Source: Lytechinus pictus
Taxonomy: Eukaryota
Assembly: GCF_037042905.1 (NCBI RefSeq)
Contig: NC_087246.1
Span: forward strand, 5,768,001 to 5,832,000
Length of the DNA: 64,000 nt
Direction of reading: 5' to 3'
Below the pieces are notes generated by a model. It did not search any database. It had not been told where the DNA came from and saw only the letters and a program-made list of their open reading frames with translations. The translations under genes and the position numbers were made by a program. Below, piece after piece: positions 28,801 through 43,800 of this stretch (its first letter is position 1; every line of letters starts with the position of its first letter).

Positions 28801-31800
28801 CACAAAGAAGAAAAAAAAATCATACAAAGTGGTATAATACATTTGAATGTACAAGAAGTGAGTATATTTGCATTTACATTTGAATTATAATGGAGAATTG
28901 TGCAGTTGTTACACTAAACCCTCTGTTTCTATTCTTGTTTCTACATCTCTTAAAATCTTCTTTTCTCCTTTTTTCTAGATCAATTTAGCATAATCCACTA
29001 ACATAAATAGGAGTTTATGCCGTATTTCATTTTGAAAAAAAAATCAGAAAATAGTGAAAGTCCTCTAATCACTCAAAATTTCATTCCCATTATTCTCATC
29101 TGCATCGAAGTCCATGATAGGTACATTTTACATTTTCAAAGGTAATACAAACTCTGTCAATTATTTCTTTTTGCCTGAATGAAGGACAGACTAGAATGCA
29201 TTTCAATAGGTTTAAGTATGAGACTGGATTTACTATTATCATCTAGAGTAAATGTATTACCTTGGAAAGTGCCAGCTTTTCTCCTAACCTGTAGAGTGGA
29301 CAATACAAAGAATATATATATCAACATTTCAAAAGTAGGATTTATATAAACAGCACTGCAATAAATAAAACCAACAGTCAGTTGTAGCATGTTATCACAA
29401 TTAAAGATATCATTTGAGCACAATGTATTAAAAGGAAGATAATTTACCTGGCAAGAAACAAAATTGCTGTGCATTCTACAATGACATCCTCTTGCATTAT
29501 GACTGTGTTGTTGTAATATATTTTGTAGATCTCATACAAGTCCTTGACAGGTACATACCTGAATGTTTAAAATAATTTATAACTGTGGTAACCATCAAAA
29601 CACGCATTCGAAAGAATCAAACATGACAACCATCAAGTGTTTGCATGAATGACATTAATTGCTCCATAATTAGCACATCAACCCTTATACTCATTAAGTA
29701 TTTGGTATCTTTTAAACCTATAATATTATCAATAAAACTAAAAAAGTGTGATTTTCCATTTTAGCCATCCTCAGAGTACTTGGCTTCCAGTATGTTTTCA
29801 TTATTTAATATTAGGCTGTTATCTTGTCTATTTAATAATTAAAAAACTAGTTTGTCTTACCCACACAATTAAATACAACAAAAATCGAATTTGGGACAAA
29901 TTGTTTTTTGGGGTGGGGGTGGGAGTCAGTTGAACTGACAGGAAACCAATGCAAATGTTCTCAAAGAATCACTTTACACATAAATTACTCCACCATGTTC
30001 TTAAAAACTACCGGGTATATGGAATTCATACTTCTCTCTTGCACAGGTGAAATATTGGGTCAGTCGTTTTCAAACAACCTACATATATTTACAATTAATG
30101 TCAATGTAGAATTATTGATCATACCAGTTTGATAAAGTACGAATGTACTGCAAATCCAATTCAGCTTCAGATAAAACATCTCCTCCTGAAAAATTGTGGG
30201 AAATAGAATAAAACTTCTAAATTATAATCACATTTCAAGGGTTGTTACCATCAATCTGAGTGTCTATTTGTTAAAGGAGTTTGGATGAGGTTACAGATTT
30301 AATTTTTTTTTTTTTAAAGTCACATTTTCACTTTTTTTTTAATTATGTAACATGAAAAATAAGACACATATTTATGCATTTATAATAACTCACCTTGTAA
30401 GTCCTACCAGAATTCTTCTATATGGGTTGTCAAAGCAGTTTGAACTATTATTCTAGTGATTTTTCAGTTATTTGTTCTAAGCCAATCAGATGCATGGATT
30501 TCAATAGCTCATGTCAGTTCTGTGAAAACTACTGTTGTCTATTTGATTCATGAAATGCTCCCCCTAACTAACCTTCATCTCCTACACTATGGGCATCAGG
30601 GAAGGAACCAAAGAAGTTGATCTAAAAATGAAAAGCGAGAAAAAAAGCTTTGAGAATTGAACACAAGAATACAGAACAGAACAATGCTTCTATGGAGCCT
30701 ATATTACATTACAGGAAAAATCAATTGATCATGCATAAAATCTTTTCATCTAATCTAATTTTCAGCGTCGGAAGTCCCATTTCTGTTGGCACCTATCTTT
30801 TCTCTGAATTGAAATAATAATGAAGTATTTGTATTAAAACATGTTCAACATTTGATTTACCTCGTTCTTTTCGACATGTGAGTATGCATATTCAATCTAA
30901 CAAGGGTAAATGTGATAAAATGTAACTTTCTGTTTCTGTTTCATAAAATACAAGCAAATTAAGAGATGGGCATCAATTTATTTTTGCACAAACACAAAGA
31001 CGATGTTTAATAAGAGTCAAACACTACTTTGACAGGCTAATCATTCCAATAGTTGCTTTCATAATCAGTTCATCAACAGATGAGCTTGAATTGAAGTAAA
31101 TTTTCCTATTATTTTACCATCATCTCCTCTTTCATTGGAATTGTGACATTTTTGTTTTCTGTATCACACTTGAGAGATTTTAGTCTCTCAAATACATGTA
31201 CTTCAAGACGGAGCATTGCAAGCAACTTAGTTGGTCTAAAATCACTTGATATGTCTTGTCATTAATTACAGATTTTCACTGAATGCCAGCTTGCTTCTTG
31301 CAAAAGGAAAATTGATTCCCTATAATTAAAATTGATCAATCACTAAGATAATTGCATCTTTTTGCAACCATAAAGTTTTTTGCAATGCCCTTTATATAAA
31401 TAGACTTACATCTCCCATTGTTGTAAGGAATCCCTGGTCAATACCTAGGCTATGCCAGGATACATCAGCTACCTGGTGGGATGCAAACCCCAACAAGAAC
31501 ACAACAAGCTTTGTCGCATCCTGCACAGATAAGGAATATAACGAAAAAGGAAAGAGAAAAAATAAAATCCAAACTAAATGGTAAACATGGCAAAACAGAA
31601 GTTACAAAAAAGTGATAAGGAACTCATAGGCAGATCCACAGGGCCAAAGTGCCCCCCCCCCCCCCATCGGCAGTTTTGTTGGTGTAGCTGTATCATGAGG
31701 TTAGCTTAACTAAAGCTTGACAAACCACATTCATTTAATATGAGATTCTCAAATAGTACTCTAGCATTTACCTTTTCAGGTCTATCCTCTCAAAGCATAG

Positions 31801-34800
31801 TCTCCTAACAGCCGAAAAGTAGATTTCATAAAACAATTGAAGGTATTCTGAATCAATCACTGCAATTAACCAAATCATACTGCTTATGTGTTATGGTCAG
31901 GAGTGGGATTGAAAGAGGAGTACAATAATCAACACTACCACTATCACTACCACCACTTACACCTCCTCCTTCTTCTTCATCATCATCATTACTATCATCA
32001 TCATCTTACCTTGCTCCATGGCTGTGGGTAATGATCTCTGATATACTGGATGGTTGTGATCAGGAATGGAGACCAGTGGGTATCCTCCGATACACTGTGA
32101 TACTTCCCTATTCAAATGACAATGGTCAATCAAAGGCAATTAATAAACAAACTCAAAGCCCATCTTCTGTTTTGGTAAATAACAAAAAGTGCAGGTCAAT
32201 GCAAAGACTATATTCCAATTCATTACTAGATTATATGAATGTCTGCCCCCCCCAAAAAAAACAGTAAGGCTGTGAAGGATACTTCATAAAGATGTGTTTT
32301 GTTCAAAAAAAATTATTGATGTCACATTTAAATAACATATCAGACCCTTTTTCCAGCATGGATTTCAGGATATCATCTTTTATATTTTGCTTTCTACTAT
32401 CCAGGTACTAGATATGTAAAGTAAGAGTTCAAAGGACTAATTTTACACACAAAAAAACATTTACCTCAAGAGGACGACAAATCAACCATTGATAATTATA
32501 GCTTTGTAAAAATAGAATGATAGATGATAGAATATAATTTATGTTACTGGCCCTTTACCAAAGCATTAAAACAGATTGAACACTGTATTTCATAAACATT
32601 AGTAATCAGAATATACTATAAAGCCTCAAAACACTCAAAATCTTTATTCTCTAATCTCCAAACATACAATGATAAAAGGAAACTAATTCAAAGATATCAT
32701 AAAGATGAAAGGTTGAAAAGAAATGCTTTATTATCTTCCATACATCGATGAATCATGAAGAATTTCTTACCTCCTTGACAAATACTATCATAGTAGGCAT
32801 CAGGGTATGGATTACCAGCTTGGAAGGCATCTTGGTTCTCTAAAATCAACTGAACAGAAATTCATAACAAGGAAAAATTAGATGAATTTCTACATTAAAA
32901 TTAAATGTACATGTAGCTTCATAAAATGACAATAAAACAGAGAAACAAATACAAATCAGTGATGAATTGTGTTAAAAGACACAAACTTCCTTCACATTGA
33001 TTAAAATTTTGCCATACTTTCAAATGAACAATTTATTTATTTTTTTAAATGAAGGGAAAAGGATAAAAATGGGAAGGGACGCATATTTCTTTTGCAATTG
33101 ATACTTAGTCTCCACACAAATGTACTTTAATATCAGAGTAGACTTCCACTTTAGCTTGTAAATCAATATTAATGATCTTTATACCTTTGATTTCCAGTAA
33201 ACAAACACCCTTTGAAGTTGAAGTTATTTCTAAACAGTTGACCCCAGAATATAAATTAAAGTATCCTATTCTATGGACTTTGACATACAGCACATGATCT
33301 AAAGTACCAACCTAGCACACATAGTACTTGAGTGGGATTTCAGGTGAAAACAGTATTCTGCAATAGAACAATTTGGAATAATAGTCATTCTTGTTAATCT
33401 TTAAGGGAGCATAATAAAATTCATAACATTCACATGTTTCATCATGAGGGGGAAATCATTTATGATCCTAAATGTGATTTTTCTCATAATTCTATGATTT
33501 AAAATATTAGGGAGATGTATAAGTTTTTTTTTATTAATATGTCCCCATCTTCCTATCAATAGCTTTTGTTTTACCAAGCCATACCTACCTGCTTGTAATC
33601 AACATCTCTTCTTGTATCCTTGAAATACTGAGTAGCTCTGTGAGCTGAAATGCAAAATAATGGCACATTAATTAGACAACCACTGAATTCAAACTAAATA
33701 AAAAAGAAGGAATTTCCCCAAACAGGGGTTCCACACACTCAATTCCACTAATTAGCTTCATATGCTAGTAACATATCAGATCAACTGTATACAGAATACA
33801 GAAAATATCAGCTAACCTTGACACACATAGCATATAACATCTGCCGAAGAAACAATGGGTATAGAGAGGAGTTAGATCTAGATCTACATCTACCTCAAGA
33901 CTCGTGTAGGCTTCACTACAAGAACATCGATTCATGACTTGTAAGATTTTTTAAAAATCTTGTTAGCATAATTGATGCCAAAAAAAATTCCACCAACATG
34001 TGGCAAATGAAGTGCAGAAAACAATTGTTGGAATGTATAAGAGAACAGTTTAGAGAATATCAAAGGAAATGCTTTACATTTTGATCACACTTGTACGACC
34101 TCATCTTGAATATGGTACATGTATACCCAGACAGGTTGTGTGTCCGGACAATCAATTTTTAGCAGCCACTTGGAAAAATTAATTCGCGAAATTTCATCAA
34201 TTTCTAGTACAAAATGTTAAGCAACATTTTAACAAAATAGATGATTACAACTAATGAATTCATATTTTTAGTGTAATCCAAAGACAAGCGTGCCGCTAAG
34301 GCGGGCACATACCACGCCCGCCTGTAACGTGGAAATGGAGTTATTGGTCAAGCAAGAAAAGTGGAAGGTGGCGACTTCACCTCTGACCTTCTGACTTCAA
34401 AATAATAGAATTGCTGAGATCTATGCTAGTATCATACACACCAAATTATATGAGCCTAGGTTAAGTTCAACTAAAGTTATCGCGTTAACAAGGACTTCAG
34501 AAGGGTAAGATGAAAACATGTCAGTGTGACCTTGACCTTGGACCTTTCAACCTCAAAATCAATAGACTTCCTGGGATCCATGCTAATATCATACACACCA
34601 AATTATATAAGCCTAGGTTAAGTTAAACTGAAGTTATCCCGTTTACAAGGAGAGCAGAAGGGTAAGATGAAAACATGTCACTGTGACCTTGACCTTTTGA
34701 CCTCAAAATCAAAAGGCTTCCTGGGATCTATGCTAGTATCAAACACACCAAATTATATGAGCCTAGGTTATGTTAAACTGAAGTTATCTCGTTTACAAGG

Positions 34801-37800
34801 ACTGCAGACGGGAAAGATGAAAATATGTCACTGTGACCTCGACCTTTTGACCTAAAAATCAATAGGCTTCCTGGGATCCATGCTAGTAGCATACACACCA
34901 AATTATGAGCCTAGATTAAGTCAAACTAAAGTTATCGCGTTTACAAGGACTTCAGAAGGGTAAGATGAATACATGTCAGTGTGACCTTGAACTTGGACCT
35001 TTCGACCTCAAAATTGAGGGTTCAACAAAATTTGTTATAGAGCTACGAGAGTTATCTTACAGTCAGACCGCAGGTCCCTATGCAAATGAGCAAAAAGGCC
35101 AGATTCATCCAAATCATCTCGTGGCTGAATCCTCCTCCTTGCAAAATCTCGTGATTCGTGAGATTTTCTTTCTCTAAGAATTTACCTGTTTTAATCTCAA
35201 GTTAAATGAAATATTATTGCACCATCAGATAGAGTAAATGTTACTCTTTTATATTGATAATTTATTTTGTATACAATATACTTTGTATACAATATTTTGT
35301 TAAATAGGTAAATTTCTGGCCTGAAAATGTGCCTCAAAACTGAATTTTCTTCCTCTGTTTTCTTTTGCAAATTGTGCAAAACTTTTTATTTTGAGCCTCA
35401 ATGATATCTATATCACCATAAAGCTGAACTTCTGTACTTTCTCACAATGCCACTCTTGATATGCGGCACCTTTTAATCGGGTCAAGATCACACTTTTCCC
35501 ACCAAGGTATAAGACGAGATTTCTGAAATTTTGTACTTGCATGAAATCCAGAGTTCTGATTGGCTGGATAAGGTTCACAGAACAACAGGCGCGGGGTATT
35601 TGAGGAGATTACCACATGGGAAGTGTGACCTTCCCATAAACTCAGGCGCTGGAACCATTGGAATTTCCCAGTGTGTGGTCTCTTTGACCAATCAGAGTGC
35701 AGTATTCTTGTTTTCAAGCTGCTTTATGTACTTGGCAAATGAAAAGTGTGATCTTGACCCGATTAAACCAATTCTTATTTTGAAACCTATATCATTTTAA
35801 GATGAAAATATGTCACTGTGACCTTGACCTTTTGACCTCAAAATCAATAGGCTTCCTGGGATCCATGCTAGTAGCATACACACCAAATTATATGAGCCTA
35901 GATTAAGTCAAACTAAAGTTATCATGTTTACAAAGACTTCAGAAGGGTAAAATGAAAACATGTCAGTGTGACCTTGACCTTGGACCTTTCGACCTCAAAA
36001 TCGATAAGACTTCCTGGGATCCATGCTAATATCATACACACCAAATTATATGAGCCTAGGTTAAGTTAAACTGAAGTTATCACGTTAAACTGCAGAAGGG
36101 TATTGATGAAAACATGTCAGTGTGACCTTTACCTTTGACCTTTTGACCTCAAAATCAATAGGCCTCCTGGGATCCATGCTAATATCATACACACCAAATT
36201 ATATGAGCCTAGGTTAAGTTAAACTGAAGTTATCGCGTTAAAATTCAGAAGGGTATTGATGAAAACATGTGTGTGACCTTTACCTTTGACCTTTTGACCT
36301 CAAAATCAAATAGGCTTCCTGGGATCCATGCTAGTATCATGCACACCAAATTATATGAGCCCAAAAGGTTAAGTCAAACTGAAGTTATCGCATTTACAAG
36401 GAAAAGTTAACGGACTGACAGACTGACGGACACCGAGCGTGATACCATAATACGCCCATCCTAGACGGGCGTATAAAAAAGCTTCAGAATTCTTAAGTGT
36501 CTAGACACCTGACCCCCCCCCCCCCCCCAATTGTATATAGACTCAGATAAAGTTGAAAGGGTTCAATAAAATTTGTTATAGAGCTACGAGTGCTATCTTA
36601 TGAGGAACGTTTGAAAGCACTCGATCTACATTCATTATATTTATATCGACGTAGAAGAGGTGATATGATTGAAGTCTTCAAAATTCTAACGGGTGGACTT
36701 GGAATTCTGCCGAAAATATTTCTTACACCGGCAGTGCACAACGTAACCGAAGCACACAATCTAAAACATTTCATGAAAAGATCAAGACTAGATGTTAGGA
36801 GCAAATATTTTATTCAACAAATTGTAAAACCACTAAAAGATATTGGAACAATCTACCTCGAGAAATTGTAGAGGCAAAGTCATTGGAAAGTTTATAAATC
36901 GGCTTTAGACAAATTTTGGAGGAATGAGAATGAGCTAATTCCAGATGAAAATTCAAGTAGATAGGAGGCCGCGGCTCCTAACGTTAGAGAGTAATAATAA
37001 TTCACTAACGTGTGCTTACTTTCCACGGCCGGAGCCAGGGATTGTGCCTAACGTTAACGTTATATCATGTGCGTATACGACTGGCAAAATTGAAACTTTT
37101 GCCCCCAAGATTTCTAAATTAATACTTTCCCTGTAAAAGTTCTAGCCCGGCCTAAATCATGTAAACGAGCTAACTTTTTTATAGAACTTTATTTCCGACA
37201 TATAGATCTATACATTATTGATTGCATAGATGGGATGTAACTTACTAATGTTTACTACAAGTTCAAAAACAAGGTGGGCGTAACAGTCTTTTAGTTACCC
37301 ACACGCAATAACATGAATAGGCCCCTACGGCTGGGCAGGCCGCTATGCTAACCCAGGCCAGGGAGTTCCGGCCCACATCGCGGTCCGTAGCCCAGGACTC
37401 GTCCATGTAATATTATATACTCTCCAAAATGGTGGTGAATGCGGTCGCAATAGCAGTTTTTAGCACCCAAATAAACGGTGAAAAAATGAATTATGCACTT
37501 ACCTCGATTATATGTGTGGTAATTTTAGGGGTATTAGTATTATATATCCTGTGAGGGAAAAGGGTGGAAGTGGGGTTAACAGAAGGAAACTTTAGAGATA
37601 CTCACCAGACAGAAGTTGGTGCAAGGCACGGTGAAAATAAGATAACCAAAAAGCAGGCCCAAAGTAACTTGTAGATATTACTGGTGTGAAGTATTCTTGC
37701 TGTAGATGGCTATTGGTGTGATATATAATTGCCGCAGCTAGTTGGAACTCGAAGGGCGAAAGGGCGAAGCAAAGGTTGATTTGTGTAGAAGGCTCTAACA

Positions 37801-40800
37801 CAGACGTCCTCGTCTCGCACCGGTCGACTCTCCAAGTGATGATCAGATCCCTTGGCTGGCCTGACTATGCAGCTATGCTGAGACCTGAGTTGTGCACCCA
37901 AGCATGGATGAATGCACAGGGCTTGGGGGTTTGGGTCTATTGTTGTGTGCACACAGCCTCTAGCCCATAGTACATGTGTATTCTATGCTCCAACCAAGGA
38001 GGCAGTTGCTCCAACCCATCCCACAGTATTACATGTATGTAGGGAGCAGTCGCGCGTGCCCCAGACTGTGGTACATTTTACCACACTCCCCCCGACTTTA
38101 GGACATCGTTACTTCCTCTATTTTTGGACTGTCCGGCCATATGTCATATGTACACATGTGGATCTAAGCAGTCCTCAGTGAAAGGAGGGAACGATAAATG
38201 TTAATCCACTGCCGCTCTCAGATGTTTGTAAGAAACTGTCTGGAGTCGCAAGGGTCAGAGGATGAACATGCCATTTAGTCAGTATATTTATATGCCCAAA
38301 TTTATTTTAAATAAAAGAACTATCCAACTTCTCAGGTAAAAGGTCAAGGGGAGACTTATCAATGTGACTTTTTAATACAAGTATTTTAATCAAACATACG
38401 CTGCCACATGATAAGCTTGATGCTAATACCGAGACTACAAGGGAGTTTCTAAAGTTTTGCAAAAATATTAATATCAAAATGGACTGCAAGAAGAGCGAAG
38501 GTCAAGCCTTTCGCCCGCAAGGGATAAAAATAATACATGAATGCATATTTTCTAAAATGCTTGGGAAGACTTACTTAATGCTTCCATGCAATTGCGTCAA
38601 ATACAGATGTTGCTGCCGAAGTATTGCGACAGGTCAGAAACTGACCAGTTTTAAAAAAACACAATGTAGTACGAGATTTGAAGTCTAGCACAAGTCATAG
38701 CTGTGTCTTGACTCTAGTTCTGTACTAGATTGTCTGCAACTGATTGCACTGCTAGACTCGACTTCCCTGCAAGTTCTAGACCACGAGTTTCTCTGCAGGT
38801 TCTAGACTCAACTTTTACTGCAAGTTCTAGCCAAATGACTGGATATGCTACAACAATTGTTGCAAGTCTTAATCCCATCATTATTGGATCTTGACTTCCA
38901 AGAGGAAATCCCAGGAGATGATATCTCATATTCAAAAGATGAAAACGTGGTCAATTGTAAAGAAGTTGACCAATGTAAATAAGAAATCTAGGGAAAATGA
39001 CTTTGTTGGCGTATTATCACCCTACACAAGTCAAGATCTAGAAATCTTTACTCCTGTAAGGGAAAGACACCCTAACAATTGTTTACAAAAGCCGATGTGT
39101 ACATTTCATTTTAAACCAGAAAAATAATTCTTATGAAAAAGTTTAAGCTTTTTGAGCAGACAGTTAATGGGGTAGCTCATCAATGTGAATTTATGAAAGG
39201 ATCATTTGATTGTTAAACACTTCACTTGACAAGCTTAACCTCATCCCAGGAATACTGGAATGTCTACAATTTGTAATGTACATATGAACGCATGCTTGCA
39301 GCAGCCAGCAAAATAGTTGACCCAAAGGTCTTACAAAATTTCTATAAAATTTGTTTTACACTTAGCCCCTTCCATAAAGATAAATTCCTAGGATATGGGG
39401 CTTGATTATTATTACTGAATAAATACAAATCCCAATTTCTGAGGCTAGTCCTTGGCCAGGATTGGGTCTGGAGTCCTTCGATGGATCTCTGCCCTCATTG
39501 CCAAGAGACGAACAATCAGATTCAGGAGAATCTGTTAATATTTGTCATCTATCCAGTAAAAAGAGAACCTCATTGAACTCTATCAATTTGCTTAGTTTTA
39601 ACGATTCTTATATCTTCCTTGCAGAAATCCATAAGTTAACAGATTCCCAAGGAGGTTATAACCAGAATAAAGAAAAAGACATTCTGGTTGTTGTGAAGTT
39701 TGAAAATAAATAACCCTGCAAAATGATGAAGTCTGAAGTCATAAAATTCAAGACCTCACACACATCTAACCTACATTAAATAATCCAAGTAATATTGCGC
39801 CCAAATGTTAAGTAGCATCATATTTTTCACCTGATTGTAAATTACTCAAACATTTTGGAAGCAATGGACTGGAAACTCATTTGCTCAAGGTATAAGTTCT
39901 ATTCATTAACTAATTTAATAAAAGACCACAAATTAAACCCCCATCTATCAAAAAGATATATTGACAAGTGTTTACATTCATGTAATTCTTGTCTCTAATT
40001 ACAATAAAAATGTTAAGACAGTGTCTGCTTTTCAGGTTATTTAATGATGTATAGCAAATCATTAAAAATGTGTCCCATTATGATAAGTGACTTATGTCAA
40101 TGTTAAAGAAGAATTGTATTCAATGATGTCAATGGCATTCTGAGTGATAGTAAAAATGTCAGATTTTAGAAAATGAATGTTTATTTTGCAGCTACTCTAA
40201 CAAAGACATTGTTAGTTCATCAGCACAAAAAATATTCCGAGGTAACTACATGTGTTTTGACCATGGACAAGCACATGGGAAATAACAAGTACTCTCAAAA
40301 TAAATATGTACTGAATAAACCAACTGAATTGGAACTCCCTGGTAACACCCCTGATTAACAATTAAGATTAATTCGGATAGACTTGGCTTCCTATGAACTA
40401 TTGTATCTACTGTAGCCCTGGAAGATTCTTAAGAGAAAGAATGCAAATTACATAACTCATTACCCTGGAAGAGGTATTTCTCCAAAGGTAAACCATTTAC
40501 AATGCTTTCACCTTTAGTCTGAAAAGTTGGGGTCACACTTAAACAATTAGATTGCCCTACCTTTCTATAGACAATAGCAATTCCAACCTATTATTTATGT
40601 TCTGCAATTAAATGGAAGAAATCCCAGGGTTGAAGACAATAAATTTGGATGTTTCTCAAGTCTGCTCTCAAATATTCAGAGGGTCTGCTTAAGAAACTTT
40701 GAACAAAAGGAATACATTTGTTTTATTTGATAGAAATTTATCAATGGCTTATTTTCGGATGCTTTCTGCAGATCTTCCAATTGATTGAAGAACCTGTTGA

Positions 40801-43800
40801 TCAATGGAAATAACTTTCTATAGAAAGCACTGAATTAAATTATCTAAAGCATCTGCTTAATTAAAAGGGGAGTAGTGTTGTATAAAAGCTTTGAACACAA
40901 TAACATGAGGAATCTGCTTACAAACATTATCAATGGAAATAACTTTGAATCATTTTGAATTCAAAAGCATTTTACCCCTTTTGATAAAACCTAAATGGTG
41001 TGCTGTATGTTATATGCGCATGTTAAGCTTGGATAGAATAAACTTAACTTCAAAAGCATTCCTCAATATAATTATTTAAACTTTAAAGGGATAAAGTAAC
41101 AATGTTCACAGACACAGTTTACTTTAAATAAATCACTGAATAATATTAAATAAAATTTTCATTATCCCCTACCCCCTCCTTTTTATTTCTGAGGATTCAG
41201 GGGTAATATCCCCAGGAAAAATATGTTGCGAATAATAAAATATCAGAGCAATGGTTTTCACTCACTTGCTTTAGTGCACCATAAAAAGATTGAATGGTCA
41301 TTCTAGATGCAAAAAAATGAAAGTAAAACACTTCAGGATATTTTTCCCTTGAAATCTTTTTATAAAGTTAAAATCAAATCATGATTAGGGTTAGAGTCAT
41401 TGAGCAAAAGAAATACTTTTCTCTGCTTCTCAGCTCTTGACTCCTAATCACAACTGGAAGTCAATCATCAGGTGTGAATATTTAGAACACCATGCTTTTA
41501 AATTTAAATCAATCTTGGTACAAAATATGAATATCAAGCAATGGTGTAAATTCCTCAGTAAAAAATTGATCAATGAATACCAGATAATTTGTCTCTAAGT
41601 AATAACTGCAATTAAGGAATGTTATGAGAACTTCCTCCAGCACTCAAATCCCTAATAAAAAATTATCAAATTATAGCAACATAAAATGACCAATGCCAAA
41701 ATACATTTTCTTGAATGTATGCGGGCAAAATAAATCTACGCAATTCCACGGTGGTACCAAGGTGGTACCGTACAACCTAAAAGGATAGCGACGGTGATCT
41801 CGCTCAAAACCAAGACGCATTTGCAGGTCATTGCAACAGACACCTGGACGCTGAGTAACTGCAGCACCATTGGCATGGATTGTACGGTTCTGCATGTTAG
41901 GATTCAATCCTCTCAACAGATTCAACTCAATCTTACAAGTATCTACATAAAACAAATCAGATTGAATGGTAATTTCGGAACTATCAGAAACATCAGAGTT
42001 GACAGTCTTATTATTTACAAAGTCAGATGTCACTTCTGATTTAGCTAGAGTGACTATTTCTACAACTTTAGGGGTCTCATGAAATAAGGGATCTGACAAT
42101 TCTGAATTACCTGGTGTGGCTTCAATTTCTACCACTTCAGGACTTAAAGGGTCAGAAATAATATTTTTACACTGCTCCTTTGCAGATTCAGAAATAATAG
42201 GAGTATTAACTAATAAGGATGGACCCCCACTAGAAAATAAGGAAACACCTTCATCTAATTTGTTGCTCAAATCAAGCTTCACCCTTACGGTTGAAGTCAG
42301 TCCCTGGTCAGGTATGGATTGGGAGCCCTCAGTTTCAAGAGATGTGGTCAAAGCCACATCTGATTCAACTTTAGGGTCAAAGCCCTTATTTTCAAGAGAT
42401 GTGGTCAAAGCCACATCTGATTCGACTTTCGGGTCAAAACCGTCCCCACTGGATTGGGAGCCCTCAGTTTCAAGAGATGTGGTCAAAGCCACATCTATTT
42501 CAACCGTTGGGTCAAAACCCTCCCCGTTGCCAGAGATCAGACTACCAGATTTTGGTGGATCTAATTTCTTTTTGCTTAATATGGACACTTGGCCTTCTTT
42601 TATTGGGGTTGAAGGTCGGCCTCTATCTTCAACCCTTCCCAGTTTGGGTGATTATCAGAGAGGAGAGTTTTGGGACATGAATGAACTGAGTTTATTAAAC
42701 GTTTTGCCACAGGTTGTGGTCTATGGTTTGACTCAAGTTCAGAAAGGGTATGAAGAATATTGTCTAACAATTTATTATTGATTGATGCCATCTCTGTGGC
42801 ACAATCTTCGTTAGAATCCTTACCTTCATCAGGGTGTCTTGGATGATTACAAGACTTAGAAATAAATGGGGTACAATCCTGTGAATCATTAGGGACAGGA
42901 GATTGTGTGATGGGACTGGAAAAATAATATGGAGAAAACTGGCTAACAAAAGCAGGATGCCCTCGGTGAGTTTGGACATTCTGAGGGTATGATTTAGGTG
43001 AATCACGTCCAAACCTTTGACCCAATTCAAAAACTAAATCAAAGTAATCAATTTTGGGGTCACATTCAAATATAGCCGCGCAAAGTTCAGCAGCTTGCCC
43101 CTGCAAACACAAATATAAATTATTGATTCTCTGCCTGGCGGTCCAACCTGCCTTATCGGCATACCGAGAAAATTGTTGAAGAAAAACTTCCCAACTTCCA
43201 TTAATGCCATCATAAATTGGTTTGTCTAAAACAGAAACTTTTTCTTTAGTAAACCAAGTGGAAGAGGTCTGCCATCGACTTCTAGAAAACATGTGGTATC
43301 CTCCACAGTTTGATCAAAAGTATTTCAAACAGCCATATTTCAAAAACATAAAACCCAATTTGACCTTACAGCAAATTCGCCTAGTCCTAAAACTTAAACC
43401 AATCACAGTGAAGGAATATAGGTAGAATATAAAATTCCAGGTCGAAAATACCTTCTTATACTTTATTGCATTCAGTGCAGAACAATTTGCAATTCTATGT
43501 GGGAATTTACTAATAATATGGAATTCAAAGCAGATAATAAATTCCTAATTCCACCTTGAAATTTGATAGCAAGACAATTTACCAAAGAAAATCAAATATA
43601 GTCTATCCTGATTTCAATTCCTAAAATCAAGCAAAGTATCCAAACAGTTAGCCTATCTTTTTTTTTTTAATAAGGAACTTCCTTGGAAAATGGTTGAAAA
43701 TAAGTATCCACTTATTTTATTTTAAACCAGAAAACAGAATAACTTCAAATTGGAAAATGTGGTGACTATACATAAAATATAACAATCACCAAACTATTGA

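Noticed and set aside
34400..36400. Regularly spaced repeats resembling a CRISPR array
   Set aside because: The whole ~120-140-bp unit repeats with no unique spacers, there are no cas genes, and the context is a eukaryotic intron; it is an internal array of a non-autonomous element.
37592..38181. Duplicated small ORFs here and at 44608-45110 as paralogous genes
   Set aside because: They are chance frames within the two LTRs.
42116..42781. 221-aa plus-strand ORF
   Set aside because: It is the codon-aligned antisense shadow of ORF2/gag across a repetitive region, has no ATG start and shows no recognisable motifs.
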